Shown piece by piece: positions 23,961 to 35,842 of a stretch of 64,000 nt of DNA (its first letter is position 1; every line of letters starts with the position of its first letter). The notes under the pieces are model-generated. The model was given only the letters and a program-made list of their open reading frames with translations, was not told the origin of the DNA and made no database searches. This DNA comes from an uncultured Nitrososphaerales archaeon (GTDB lineage: Archaea > Thermoproteota > Nitrososphaeria > Nitrososphaerales > Nitrososphaeraceae): contig CAVPXM010000026.1 of assembly GCA_963709405.1 (NCBI GenBank), forward strand, positions 1 through 64,000, read 5' to 3'. A program made the translations under genes and the position numbers.

Positions 23961-24189
23961 AAATTATGCCAGTTATACTGCAAATGGTTAACACATCATA
24001 GATGATAAATATATAACATACAGGACATTTTCGAAATGGTAGCATAATTTGGTAAAAAGAGTACGAATAATTAGTCTTGGGGACATTTTTCGTTTACAAG
24101 ACATTTTTGGTTTACATACATTAGCAATTGAGGCTATAATTCACACCCATCAGCCTTCCAAAGGCAATGCAAAGGAAGAGAGATGGTAA

Positions 24190-24390
24190 AAAATGACATG
24201 CTTATCTCAATGGTCCAAGATTGTTCAGGTAAAAATGTAAGAGGATATCGCAAACAGAGTTATATTATCACAATCCCTAAAACTATTTGTCGCCTTATCG
24301 GATTAAAAAAGGGTATCTATTACTATGGGAGTTGAGCAAATACGAACAAGGCACGATTGTATTTAGAAAATTAGGAGATAACGCTTAGTG
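24190..24390 (+). pseudogene. AbrB/MazE-like DNA-binding protein remnant
   Basis: QSYIITIPKTICRLIGLKKG..GTIVFRKL. Confidence 0.5.
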
Positions 24391-24642
24391 TCATCTAGAT
24401 TCGACACAGAAGAAACAGCAAAGTACAGAAAAAGGAATTAGGGAAGGGAACGGCACCAGATTGGAGAACAACGAGCAGAATGGCAACAACAGACGATCTC
24501 TTTAAACAGATAGTTGCAGCAACCAAGGGCAGAGCAAACATTCACCGAACAGACAGCAACAACAACGATGTAAAGGTCTATCACACTGATCAAAATGCTA
24601 ACAGAGTAAGGTAACAAAAGACAGGAGGTTGTACAAAGAACA

Positions 24643-25368
24643 ATGCCGAATAAGCAAGACCTACCAACAACAAGACAACCAACCGACAAAGAAATCATAA
24701 CAGGACAACAGCAAATCATACACCAACAACGCGATACAATCGACGATCTAAAAGCTCAACTAGAAAAGTCACAATAGCATAAAGCATTTCTAGAAGCGAG
24801 AAATAACGAATATACTTTAATCTCCAACGCTGCCGCTCTAACCCCGGCATTACTTTCATTCAAGCAAAGAATGCATACCTTCAGCAGACAGAATGATATG
24901 ATCAACAGAAACAGAGAGATAGAGAACCAACAACGCAGGGTACAATTCGACGAACAAGATCGCCTAAGACGTGAAGCAGAAGAGAAAGCAATCTTAGATG
25001 AAAACCCTAACCAAGTCAAATACTTCCAAACAGAGAAGGATAAGATACTACAGACCAAGGAATACATGTTAGCAAAAGCGACAGAGTTCTATGATCTTAA
25101 AAACGATGATATAGATAAGTACGCTACTCTGCCACACGGAGCAGATAACTCAGCAGTTAAACACTTGCTATAAACCTATGAACATGAAAAGGGTTTCTTG
25201 GTTTATCAATGTCGTTACTGTGAAGAAGAGTTTAGTAGCTTGGGTAGGTTTGAAGTACATTGCTACAGTGAGGATCAAGCAGGCCATAGATCTCGTCTGT
25301 TACAGAGCATAGAAAGCGAAGCAACGCAGAACATTGCCAAGATAAACGCAGAACTACAAAAGGTTTAA
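24643..25368 (+). pseudogene. Coiled-coil protein with a C-terminal C2H2-like zinc finger and two in-frame stops
   Basis: One frame from MPNKQ to YQCRYCEEEFSSLGRFEVHC..H..KV*, with stops near 24776 and 25171. Confidence 0.65.
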
Positions 25369-25396
25369 AAAGCGATGACTATTGTTGGCTTGAGAT

Positions 25397-26122
25397 ATGG
25401 CAACCTTTGTACTAGTTCATGGATCGAGTCACGGCGGATGGTGCTGGAAAAGGGTAACTCCTTTACTGAGCAAAGATGGCCATGAAGTGTATACACCAAC
25501 TCTTACTGGATTTGGCGAAAGAAGTCATCTGGTATCCAAAGATATTGGATTGGATACTCACATACTTGACATAATCCAAGTACTGGAGTATGAAGGTCTC
25601 AATAAAGTAATATTAGTCGGCCATAGTTATGGAGGATTAGTTATTGGAGGCGTAGCAGAGAAAGTTCCTGAGAGAATTAGACGCCTTGTTTATCTTGATG
25701 CATATATACCACAAGACAACAAAAGTGCATTCGATATAGAATCCTATCTAGAAACCATTTCAAGATTTCAATTTCAGGATTTCAAGAAAAGAGCGCTAAA
25801 GGAGCAGGGAAGGGAATGGTTGATTGCATCATATAAACCAGAAGAATTCGGCGTGACAAATCCCGATGATATTAGCTGGATGAATTCCAGATTGTCTCCT
25901 ACGCCTTGGCATACTCATGACCAACCGTTAAGAATAACCAATCCAAAGTCCAAAATACTTCCTAAAAGTTACATTTGTTGTTCTGAATTTGGAAATGCTC
26001 ATTTTAAGGCTCAAGAGTCACCAGTAGATTGGGATTATCATGAATTAATGAAAGGACATGACATAATGATTACAGCTCCAAAGGAATTAGTACAACTCCT
26101 CGAAACTTTAGAAAATAAATAG
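25397..26122 (+). CDS. Alpha/beta hydrolase (methylesterase-like)
   Basis: FVLVHGSSHGGWCW, GHSYGG nucleophile elbow, GHDIM. Confidence 0.9.
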   Translation: MATFVLVHGSSHGGWCWKRVTPLLSKDGHEVYTPTLTGFGERSHLVSKDIGLDTHILDIIQVLEYEGLNKVILVGHSYGGLVIGGVAEKVPERIRRLVYLDAYIPQDNKSAFDIESYLETISRFQFQDFKKRALKEQGREWLIASYKPEEFGVTNPDDISWMNSRLSPTPWHTHDQPLRITNPKSKILPKSYICCSEFGNAHFKAQESPVDWDYHELMKGHDIMITAPKELVQLLETLENK

Positions 26123-26498
26123 GTTGAATTCGATCTAGTCCACTACAGCGCTTGTGCTCGCCGAAGCTGTTGCGCACTGCTAGCTAGTTTTTCATTAGGT
26201 GGGCGAATCGCTATCGCCATTACAATATATAGCTATAGTCTAATTCTGTACTGTACCTGAACTAAGTCAGCTTGTTCGCAACAGGTATAAAATTCCGTGT
26301 GTATTTCGTCCTTATATTTTCGTTCTTCCTCTTGTCCCCGCTTAATTGCAACTTTCTGTTCGTATGTCAATTCGTAAATTTCTTGCGTCATACCACAATG
26401 TATGTACGAACAGGCTTTTAAACCATCGATTATTGTTACAATTCTTGCATTTTGTTGTTACCAAACCGCATAATTATTAGTAGTTTATGACGCAAACA

Positions 26499-26548
26499 TG
26501 TAACTTATACATAGTATAAGATGTAACTTATATTATACATAGTATAAG
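26499..26548. promoter_or_regulatory. Tandem palindromic sites, operator- or iteron-like
   Basis: ttatacatagtataag occurs twice. The first copy forms cttatac-ata-gtataag, and tgtaacttata is also duplicated. Confidence 0.45.
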
Positions 26549-26655
26549 TAATTGTATATAGTTCTCAAAGTACAAGAAAGAAAATTAACTTATCCACAAA
26601 GTACCCGTTTGGTAATCTCTTGACATTTTTCACACGTTCCGATTTTTTAATTGTG

Positions 26656-27149
26656 GTAGTCATATCTATCTATCATGCATGTTGCAAACAGAGGGCTAAA
26701 CTTGACAACGTTAGACTTGTCGCTATATCTGGTCTAGATATTGGTTTCTCAAAAACTGCTTTTACAAATCCAGTGACGCAATCCTATTTTGCAGTTGATA
26801 GCTCGACACTCTTACCAACTATACAATTGGTTGCATCATCGCAATCTCTCCCTTTCGATTTTACTGCCGTTTTATGATTCGTTTGATTCGGTGTTTGTAT
26901 CTGTGTCTGTTGTTATTGTTGTTGTTGTTGTTGTTGTGGGTGATCAAATTCTGGCCCGTTACATGCTGACTTTATGCCTACAACACACACGCCTACCTTT
27001 GGTACTTCTTCCTTTGCAAGTGTCTGATTTTGATTCTTCTGCTGATCTTTAGATTTAGCTTGAGCATGAGCAACTACTACAAGCAAGCTCAAACCAAGAA
27101 CGGCAGCAACAGCAACCACGTAAACAATTGACGATGACGATAGTTTCAC
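26656..27149 (-). pseudogene. Secreted Gln-rich, Cys-containing protein with premature stops
   Basis: Signal peptide and VCVVGIKSAC. The TAA falls within a CAA run and the frame continues (RDCDDATNC..DCVTG). Confidence 0.6.
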
Positions 27150-27228
27150 GATAATATCACTTAGTCTCTTGTTTTAAACTTGCCTTGGTAAAATCGTCTT
27201 GATCTATCGGAATATTGGACATTAATAA

Positions 27229-27471
27229 TTAATTTGACACTTGATTAATAACTCTCCTTCTTTCCTCATCGTTAATATCTGCTAAAACACTTTGCAATGT
27301 CTCCAGTTGTGTATTAATCTCTTCTACATACCTCTGGTTAAATAAATCAGGCCTTACTTCTTTTTGCTTTTCTTCTATCTTCTTTTGCAACATTTGCTTA
27401 ATTTCTTCAGAGGTTAACAATTGCCGATTATCAGAGATATGATGATGATATGAAGTAATAACTACTGACAC
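27229..27471 (-). CDS. Small helical hypothetical protein, paralogue of 46499-46699
   Basis: TSEEIK..L.K.I.EK..V.P..LET.QS.LADI.DEE.RR is shared by both. Confidence 0.65.
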   Translation of the reverse strand: MSVVITSYHHHISDNRQLLTSEEIKQMLQKKIEEKQKEVRPDLFNQRYVEEINTQLETLQSVLADINDEERRRVINQVSN

Positions 27472-28036
27472 ACCATTTACAGAGGGAGGGTTGTAATGTC
27501 TTGCTTGTATATATTGGGCGTCTGTTGGACTTGCGACATTACTAGCGCTTCCTTACCTCATTACTGGACGCTACTACAACGTTACCAGTGTGTCTTCGTG
27601 TTAAGATGGCACCTCAAAAAAACACATCCAACCCCAATTCTCCCATTTGTATTTTCTGCAAAGCATCGAAAATATACCTAATCCGTTAATCACTTTCAAC
27701 TCTACGGTTTATCCTATAGTATACAAATATACTTTTCAAAAAGATAGATAATATCTATCATATTAGCGAAATTAAATCCGCATTAAGCTGTAGAGCACAT
27801 CTATTCAAGTTTCTTATCGTTCAGTGTAAAGCGTTGCAGAAATATTCAACAGTCTATTCCTTCATATGAATATGCCAACTCTCTGAGTGGATCGTTTCGC
27901 ATATGTTTCTGCAAACCATGAGGGAATAGATTTCAGATAAAAACAAGTCGCCAAAAGCAACGAACTATTGACGAGAGAGGAGTACAGCATATTTTCCATT
28001 ATTTATTTATCCCATAATCCTTTCCTACCATTGTGC

Positions 28037-28453
28037 CTAGTTACGATCCCTTAATTGAGATTCCCTTACCTCTTGCTGCCAATTATGAATCAAAGTAACT
28101 TCAACTGTTTTCACTTCATGACTAACAGGGGATTTACTATTGTTTAGCACAAATGCATATGCATCGCTTATAGTAGGCTTAAAGACATCATTAATCTTTA
28201 GACCACTTCTGCTGTAATACAAGTTAATTTCAGAACTTTCGTGATTTTCTTTCCATTTGGAAACATCTTTTCTGCTAACAATTAGAACTTGTATTTCGTC
28301 ATCAGAATTCTTTACTTGTACATCAAAACCAAGTCTATAACCAAACATGAGTACGAGATTTACACCGAAATACAATATTTCATAGCCATTAGAATTTCCA
28401 GGAGGTATGTTAAATTCATTAATGTTTCTCATAATGTGAGGAAGTATTTTCAT
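28037..28453 (-). CDS. Hypothetical beta-sandwich protein
   Basis: 138-aa ORF with YAFVLNNS. Confidence 0.55.
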   Translation of the reverse strand: MKILPHIMRNINEFNIPPGNSNGYEILYFGVNLVLMFGYRLGFDVQVKNSDDEIQVLIVSRKDVSKWKENHESSEINLYYSRSGLKINDVFKPTISDAYAFVLNNSKSPVSHEVKTVEVTLIHNWQQEVRESQLRDRN

Positions 28454-28721
28454 TAGTAGATAAGAGAACAGGTATGTTATTATCTTCTACTTTCATAATG
28501 AGTCTGGGAAATGATGTCAAAAGGAGTGTTTTTCTTCGTATTGGCTATCATTTTAATATCAATCATCATTTGGATTTTTAAACAAGTAATCTTTTTTCAT
28601 TAATGTTATATTTCACATTTGACCTCTGACAGTCAATAGCCGCATTGTTATGTTAAAGTTAATAATATATTCTGTAGGATTATCTAAGATTATATTATCA
28701 TTACAGTGATTACTAACCATC

Positions 28722-29298
28722 ATGTTTACAAGTAGATGTAATTTTTTTTGTATTTATCGCTGCGAAACATTCAAAATTATGTCATTGCTATTTTTAGCAG
28801 TGACATTAGTTTGCTTATTGTCGATTAGGTCGAATACGTCTTACTCTACAACATCTGTATCAGCTATTTTTGGTGCATCCGCTTCGATAACTTCTAACAA
28901 TAATTTCTTGACATATCAGGACAATACCTTAGGAATAAAAATAGATTATCCTACTGGATGGATACACGAATTACATCCTGGTGGTCTTGTTACCTTTCTC
29001 CCAAGTCTAGAAGGTAACACAAATACATATCCTGCAGGTCTTGGCATAACAGTTGAACATTTAAAATCAAAAAACATGCCACTTAGTGAAATAACAAAAA
29101 TACAGATTCAAAAACTTGACACAGAACCATCCCGATTTTAAACTTCTAGAATCAACCGACTTTAGGTTAGCAGGCAATATGGCCTACAAGATAGTATTTA
29201 CTGCAACAGACGGTATGAAGCATGAACGAAAGGCGATGCAGATTTGGACCGTAAAGGGAGATAATGCATATCTTATTACATACAAAGCAGAGCCTGCT
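28722..29298 (+). pseudogene. PsbP-like exported protein, frameshifted and 3'-truncated by repeat C
   Basis: FLTYQDNTLGIKIDYPTGW..LAGNMAYKIVFT..MQIWTVKGDNAYLITYKA. Confidence 0.75.
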
Positions 29299-29475
29299 GG
29301 TAGATTCCAATCTTTTGAACGTTGCGGTCACAGTTTTGGAGTTAAGAAAAGTCGTCTCGTTTCGTATTCTAATTGCACTCTATTATTATATACAGTAATT
29401 ATAACTTCAATTCTTCCTTACATTAGAAAATAACCCGGGTATCCCGGGTGTTAGATGATACTAGATCCAATTCTA
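29299..29475. repeat. Repeat family C copy 2 followed by a family B left arm
   Basis: C at 29299-29358. aattcttccttacattagaaaataacccgggtatcccgggtg at about 29409-29450. Confidence 0.8.
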
Positions 29476-29861
29476 TGGATAAGATCTCCCCATTATACCC
29501 TATCCAACTTCAAATCACTAGGGACAATTGGGATGTAGAGAAGCGCGCCTGCTCGTGTTCCTATCTATCAACTGAATTGATAGACCAATCTCAGCTCGAT
29601 AACCTACTTCTTTTATGATAATCCGACAATGCCATGTGTAACGCTCCCAAACCGTAATTAAACCGAGCCCATGTAAAACAAAATCCTTTTGCTCCTTGCA
29701 AACTACTTCCTGAAATAAAGAAGGCAGATTTGGATTTGATAGAGCATCATATCCAATACAAAGGTCCTGCTGCGCATAAATCAGAATTATTAAAATGCCC
29801 CGAATGGGTTATTCTATAAATAGGTAACACTCCCGGACTTAATTACTCATGAACAAAATTG

Positions 29862-30185
29862 TTGACTCTACAAATTGATACCTATAGATAGTAGCATATT
29901 AGTCGATGGGAATCTGAATTGAAAGATCTGTGAATGCGAATGGCCGTACAGATTATACTACCAGTAGTTTAACTTTCAGCTATACGTCTAGAATGTAAAG
30001 TACATCTCAGGCTGGTAACTAATTCCAATAATAGTTATCCAAATCGAAATCAGATCCAAAATAATTATATCGGAAATAACGTTATGAATACGATATGCGG
30101 CATGCCAGATTATAAATATTATGTCAAATGGGACATTAGATGTATAGACTGACAATTCGATATACATGTACATTGAATAGATAAA
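29862..30185 (-). repeat. Repeat family A copy
   Basis: ctatagatagtagcatattagtcgat..tacgatatgcggcatgccagattataaatatt..tgtatagactgac. Confidence 0.85.
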
Positions 30186-30189
30186 ACTT

Positions 30190-31030
30190 TCATTTGTATG
30201 TCAGTCATTGGCAAGCGCTTATGCCGTCACTCCGCTTCCATGTGCCGCAGCTTGCGCGCCATTTAAGAGCTCCCCGGCTACGTATGCCACTTGCTGTAAG
30301 CAACATGCTGCAAATGCGCCCAAGCCCAAGGCACCCATCAAGCCAGCGAGCGTCGCGTCCAGTGACGCAACCGGGAGCCAAGCCCGCAGTCCTAAAGTCT
30401 AGATTCCCCAAGCCCCCTTCAGTGACCGAATTACATCAAGGCCAGGTGAAATTCGTTGATGACAATACTAATACACAGTTGGTCCCCTTTCAATACAGAA
30501 GCTTAAGAAGGCATTAGACGGAGGTAGTGCACTACCCCCAATGACCCAAACGCCAAGCGGAGGAGGCAGTTGTGGCATTGTCAAATACGAGGGACATAAT
30601 TATGGGTGCCGCGCACGAAGACCAGGTTGACCAGAATGACGATAGTTTCGAGTATGGTGGCACATTTCTTATACCAAACAAAGACGATCAATTGACTATT
30701 GAATTTGGTGGGCTGCCACATAAACAGGGCTTGGACAGAAGTGGATACAAGGTTGCGTTTAACGAAGGTAAATCAGGAGTCTTTATGTGGAAACAGGAGG
30801 ACACAACTTATGTACCGATAAAAACAGCAATAGGAGGTAATACTAATTATCAAGCTAAGGCAGGCTCGAAAGTCAACGTAGTAATCCGTAAACAGGATAT
30901 AGGGCCGTCTTCTGCCCCAACTGGTGTAGAGAATCAATGCCTATGCCGACGGGCAAGCTAGTTGGACGTTGGAGGGACATGAATTCACGGCCACTTGGCT
31001 CAAAGCCGCCATATACCGGACACCTTAAAG
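30190..31030 (+). pseudogene. GC-richer foreign gene remnant with a Cys/Ala/Pro-rich N-part
   Basis: Fragmented ORFs 30208-30402 and 30572-30961, with composition visibly different from the flanks. Confidence 0.4.
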
Positions 31031-31032
31031 GC

Positions 31033-31341
31033 TCAAGAGCAGGATTCAGGAATGATGGACTGAACGGTTGTCATACTAAAAGCTCGCTGTCCCAAGGGAA
31101 CAACGGGACCGAGTAGATTACTGATAGAATCGACTGACATATTGAGTTTAGTTGCAACGGTTGTTATTATTGCTCCATTTGTAATACATCCTACTGCTTT
31201 ATCCCCAGCACTAGTTAGCATGCCGTCGGGATTAATCAAAGAATCACATGACTCAAGCAGGTATGATTGTGCTGAACCACAGAGAGTTGTCCAAGGCAGG
31301 CAATCTGAAACACTTGATTTCAAATCTGAAAAAGAGAGCAA
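31033..31341 (-). CDS. Cys-containing hypothetical protein fragment
   Basis: WTTLC..SYLLESCDSLINPDG.LT.AG.KA.GCI pattern. Confidence 0.45.
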   Translation of the reverse strand: MLSFSDLKSSVSDCLPWTTLCGSAQSYLLESCDSLINPDGMLTSAGDKAVGCITNGAIITTVATKLNMSVDSISNLLGPVVPLGQRAFSMTTVQSIIPESCS

Positions 31342-31543
31342 AACCTAACGTAAATCGTGAAGGAATTAGCCTTAAGCAACTATGTGTTCTGCTGCTACTC
31401 TTCCGTCGTCCAACTATCTACAAATTTGACACAGAGACAGGATTCGATAATTTCTTATCTCAATTTAAGTTAACTAGACAACAACTTATCCAAAATTTAT
31501 ATACACCTCTGGAGATAGAAGCTACCGATACTTAGGAACAGAC

Positions 31544-32212
31544 TTGGAGGTCCCTTCAAACGACATTGAGATTACTAGTGTTGATGTAATATATAGAAAA
31601 GATTCGACTGGAAAATATCATCGTGTGATGCAACCTGAATTTTATTATTATTGTACAGTTAAAGGGCTAACTGAAAGAGAGATTATATATTCTGATATAC
31701 GTCGACCATCTTCGTCTTTTAAAATTACAAAGAACCAAGCAAAGAAAGCATTTAGCATATTACGTAAAGAAAATCTCCTTAAACCAATTGCTAAGTATAA
31801 TGATGAATCATATATGCAATTTCAGACGAACGGTTTGACAAGTTTTTACAAGATTGCCTTGGAGTCTGAATTCATCTCTGATTTAATAATAGGAGTCTGG
31901 GATTCCATTAGGCCTCCTAGGCCTGAGGAGATACAATGGCTTGAATTTTTTATTGGCGAAGAAGGTACCGATCGAGTTAGAAATCGAGCCGATGAAAGAA
32001 AGAAAACCAAACATGGGATGGCAATAGAAGAATTCCGCCAGTGGTTAAAATGGTGGAAAAGTGCCCTTAAGCAATCAGAGGATGATGCAAAGAAAATGGT
32101 TACTGATTCCATAAAGAAACATAAATGGATTATAAAGGAATATCCATATTCAAATGAGCTCTTGATACACGTTTATCCAAACTTTTTGAAGGATACATTT
32201 CAGTTCAATTAA
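31544..32212 (+). CDS. Hypothetical protein, possibly the 3' part of a longer gene
   Basis: 222-aa ORF with coding-like composition. Confidence 0.55.
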   Translation: MEVPSNDIEITSVDVIYRKDSTGKYHRVMQPEFYYYCTVKGLTEREIIYSDIRRPSSSFKITKNQAKKAFSILRKENLLKPIAKYNDESYMQFQTNGLTSFYKIALESEFISDLIIGVWDSIRPPRPEEIQWLEFFIGEEGTDRVRNRADERKKTKHGMAIEEFRQWLKWWKSALKQSEDDAKKMVTDSIKKHKWIIKEYPYSNELLIHVYPNFLKDTFQFN

Positions 32213-32553
32213 CATAAAATAATCAATTACTCAACTAATTATTATTCCTATTAACTGAAGTTCATCACGTTGGATAGTCAGATGCATACAGATAGATTCA
32301 TACAAAAGAGGACATATTGCGAGGGTAGGTGAGCAAGCTCCTCAGACATCATTAATTAATTTAATTAAATACATGCATAGAATTAATCCAATAAGTATCG
32401 TCATGAGTAATCGCTAGTGATATCCTTCAGCTGGTGATATGGCATAATAAAATCTGTCAGTCAGTCAAGTCTAGTGGTTTCAATTTATGGATCAAAGCAC
32501 ATCAATCTTAGAAGATATCTAAAAAAGATGCATTACTAAATTAGCAGTGCTAA

Positions 32554-33039
32554 TTATACAAGAGAACTATTATTATTCTCCAAAACTGCTATCGTAGCCG
32601 TTTTTCTGTGTTCAAAGATCCTTTGTAGCTGTTGGTTTGCATAACCTTCAAAAAGTTTTCCAAAAATACCATATGGTAATTCAAATTCAATTTCGTCTAG
32701 TACCTTTGTTTGCTTGCCGTCAATATCATAAAATACGTGTCTGTGTTTCCACTTCTTGAATGGACCTTCTAACATCTCATCTATATATTCATAAGTTTTG
32801 AAAGAGGTAATTTTTGAATGCCATCTAGACCTTCTTTTGGCAATTATTCTGCCAGTAAGCCATATCTCTTGTCCTTCAGCAATGTTTTGGCTAGTGGTAT
32901 CAATTACTTGGATATCTACTTCCAAAGGGGTTATTATCTTTAAATGTTTGACTGCAGTATAAAAACTCCAGACCTTGTCAATATGACGGTTGACGATAAA
33001 TGTATGAGTAAATACTCGCATTATGTTAAAGAAGATCAA
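32554..33039 (-). CDS. SRPBCC/START-family protein
   Basis: VWSFY..LKIITP, YIDEMLEGPFKKWKHRHVF, IFEHRK. Confidence 0.85.
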   Translation of the reverse strand: MIFFNIMRVFTHTFIVNRHIDKVWSFYTAVKHLKIITPLEVDIQVIDTTSQNIAEGQEIWLTGRIIAKRRSRWHSKITSFKTYEYIDEMLEGPFKKWKHRHVFYDIDGKQTKVLDEIEFELPYGIFGKLFEGYANQQLQRIFEHRKTATIAVLENNNSSLV

Positions 33040-34053
33040 GTATATTACACTAATAGCAATATCGTTTTCAGATATCTTCGATTTACAATTTAGACAGATA
33101 AGGCTAGCGTAATGCTATAATGATCTATGTGGACTAATTATGAATATCAATATCGTACCTTCGTATTTCAGTCATGTATCTGGATATTTTCGACCTTTTG
33201 TCACTGTTTAACGCCAGATAAACCTCTGGCAAGAAGAGTCTAGTCGGCAATGATTTTAAATTCGTTCTATCTTTCAGTCTGAAAGGTTTAGATATATTGA
33301 CAAATCTTTTAAAATTAAAGAAGCGCTTCTAATGTGTTGACATTCGTTATTTGCTTTCTTCTACATGAATGTATGACCAGGTACAGATTCTATTTAATGA
33401 CCCTCAGCATTGAGTACTGGCATTGATTTGATTTGATTTGAATCAACATAGTGTGAACAAGCTAATTTGAGTTGACAAGTACTAAGCAAAACTTATCTTC
33501 TTGACTTGAATTATAGCAATTGTGGATCCACCAAATTATATTATTATTATCTTGAATAAAGAGAATAACCGCTTAACATGAGATTCGATATTTGAGAACA
33601 ACCCTTCATTGTGAGTAGAAAATATTAGTCATACACAAAACGCTGGCATCAGACCGAGGAGAATGCATATCCTTATTGGATATCCATAATAATCATTTAC
33701 TTGTTACCCAATCGTATCTACTCAATGCATAATAAGTATTCTCAAAGTAAATTATTAGAGTAAATTGATATTGTTAAGTACACTTAAGTGGATAAGAGAA
33801 TGGAGGTAAACCGAAATAAATAAGTTATTAGAATATCAAAATGCTTTAGACTTTAGACCCTATTCGTATTTACAGTTGGAAAGCCTAAGTTCCATACGTT
33901 CGAATTAGTTATATTCTTAGATAACCCACAAAAAGGATTGTAACGTGGTCTAAAATATGTCAAACCTATCAAATCATAAACATGCCATGCATAACGAGAA
34001 AGTATCAAACGCTAATGAACGTAAGTCGAATGACCACCCATTTTCATATATAG

Positions 34054-34347
34054 GTGAATAACCAGATGAATAAGGTTGCTAAAATCATCGGATTTGTGAC
34101 TGCGGTAGTGACGTTGGTCTTTGTAATACAAATACGTGAACTAAATGCAAAATCAGATCACGACTCAATCAATAAAATGGCGCAAGAAGCCAAATTATTG
34201 GTCAAGAGTTTTAAAAATGACGATACTAAAATCGGTAGGTGTAGATCTTTATCAGAAAGCCCCAATTCAGAGAATGTAACTACATGTATCGAGAAGGCAG
34301 TAGGATCGGATGATAATGATCTGGCATTATTGAATAAGATCAATTAA
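34054..34347 (+). CDS. Small exported protein with a Cys pair
   Basis: N-terminal hydrophobic helix and two Cys residues. Confidence 0.55.
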   Translation: MNNQMNKVAKIIGFVTAVVTLVFVIQIRELNAKSDHDSINKMAQEAKLLVKSFKNDDTKIGRCRSLSESPNSENVTTCIEKAVGSDDNDLALLNKIN

Positions 34348-35842
34348 TTTAATTCCAAGCTCGTTATCTTCTCTTAGTACTGTATTTTATATTTTGAGGC
34401 AGCGATAACTATATCAAAACCCATTATTCGCTTCCACTTACTATAAACCGAAGAATGCTAATTGGTTGATTGACTTGTGATCGGACTTCCCTCTTATCTC
34501 ACAGATATTTAGATAATCCTTCAATTATATATGTATATGACAATATACATGAATGAAAAAACCGTTTGCATGTATTTTTTATAGTTAGAATATATAATTC
34601 AACTTACTTATTGGTCAATTATTGGTACTTAGACGAAATTGTGATCCGCTTTGAATAGCGGATGGTTAGCGTTAGAGACAGCTGTATACCCAAACATTTT
34701 GTGATCGGGTACGGAGCTTAAGCCTGGGATAAAACCAGATCGCCTATGTTAACGGTATAAATGAACTTGTAACCTTAGGTTCACGACTTTCTAGATGTTG
34801 CGTTTAGATGAGTAGAACGACTATGTAGAAGCCATATTACACAGTCAAAGCTTTGTAAGAGTATAACACCAATAGTCTATTAAAATAATCGAGGTACGCT
34901 AGATTTGTGGATACTATGTTCCGCCTTTTGAAGCATGCAAGGATTCCCCTGTTTTCTAACAGGAAAAGCAATCACATGTTTACAATATGGCAACACGTAG
35001 TTCTAGTTGGAATCATACAGTATGAAGGTAAGAGTTATAGAATGTTTGTTTGTGGATTGGCTGTTCGAGGCGTAATACCTTAGGTTGTTTCTACGGCTGT
35101 CACGAATTTCACACTTGACAACGTTACAGGAATTTACAGAAAGAATTAACGATGCATTTGCTTGAAAAGATAATTTCGTCATTCATTGTAATTAGCGGTA
35201 CCAAGCATATCTTTGTAGAGATAGATTCGAGAGGATTGATATACACGTTTATCACAGTATCATTATACTGATCGAACAGGTTGAGAAGAGAAGAAAATAT
35301 CCGATATTATCAATTGGAGCTGAGATATTAAAAAAGACCGTATGTTCGATTAAAATAAGACTCGGCTCCTACAAAACATGACAACATAGATTTCAAGCCA
35401 ATCCTAACAAGAATATCTGAAATTGGTCCATTATCCGTAGTTACAGGTGACAAGGTATATGATGGTGAAGAAGATAATCATGACTTGAAATAGAGAAAGA
35501 TTACATGGTTTCAGTGATATTCCAGCTCGATATGATGATGACATACCGATATGGATAACATGTGGAAGATACTGAGGAAAACAAATTAGAAGATATTCTA
35601 AGGTGCTATACAATCAAAGGAACAAGAGGGATGAAACCATAGTTTCCGTATTAAAAGGCCGGTTGGAGAGCACTTGATGTCTAGATCAACTAGAACGCAA
35701 AACAGGGAATTGTCTTCCAGATGCATAACCTACAACATGCACAGACTGGCTAATCTCATAAAATTGATGTTTTCTATAAAACCTTCAATTAATTTACAAG
35801 ACTTTCCTGTTTTTTAAACCTGGGACACTTAAGGGATATATC

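Noticed and set aside
24643-27149. Stop-codon reassignment or pyrrolysine/selenocysteine read-through
   Set aside because: Both TAA and TAG occur in frame, and intact genes in the window terminate with them. Decay is the simpler explanation.
33050-35840. Long ORF-poor region as a possible RNA gene locus
   Set aside because: I could not recognise any tRNA, rRNA or stable GC-rich structure by eye. It is probably eroded coding DNA, and an Infernal scan would settle it.
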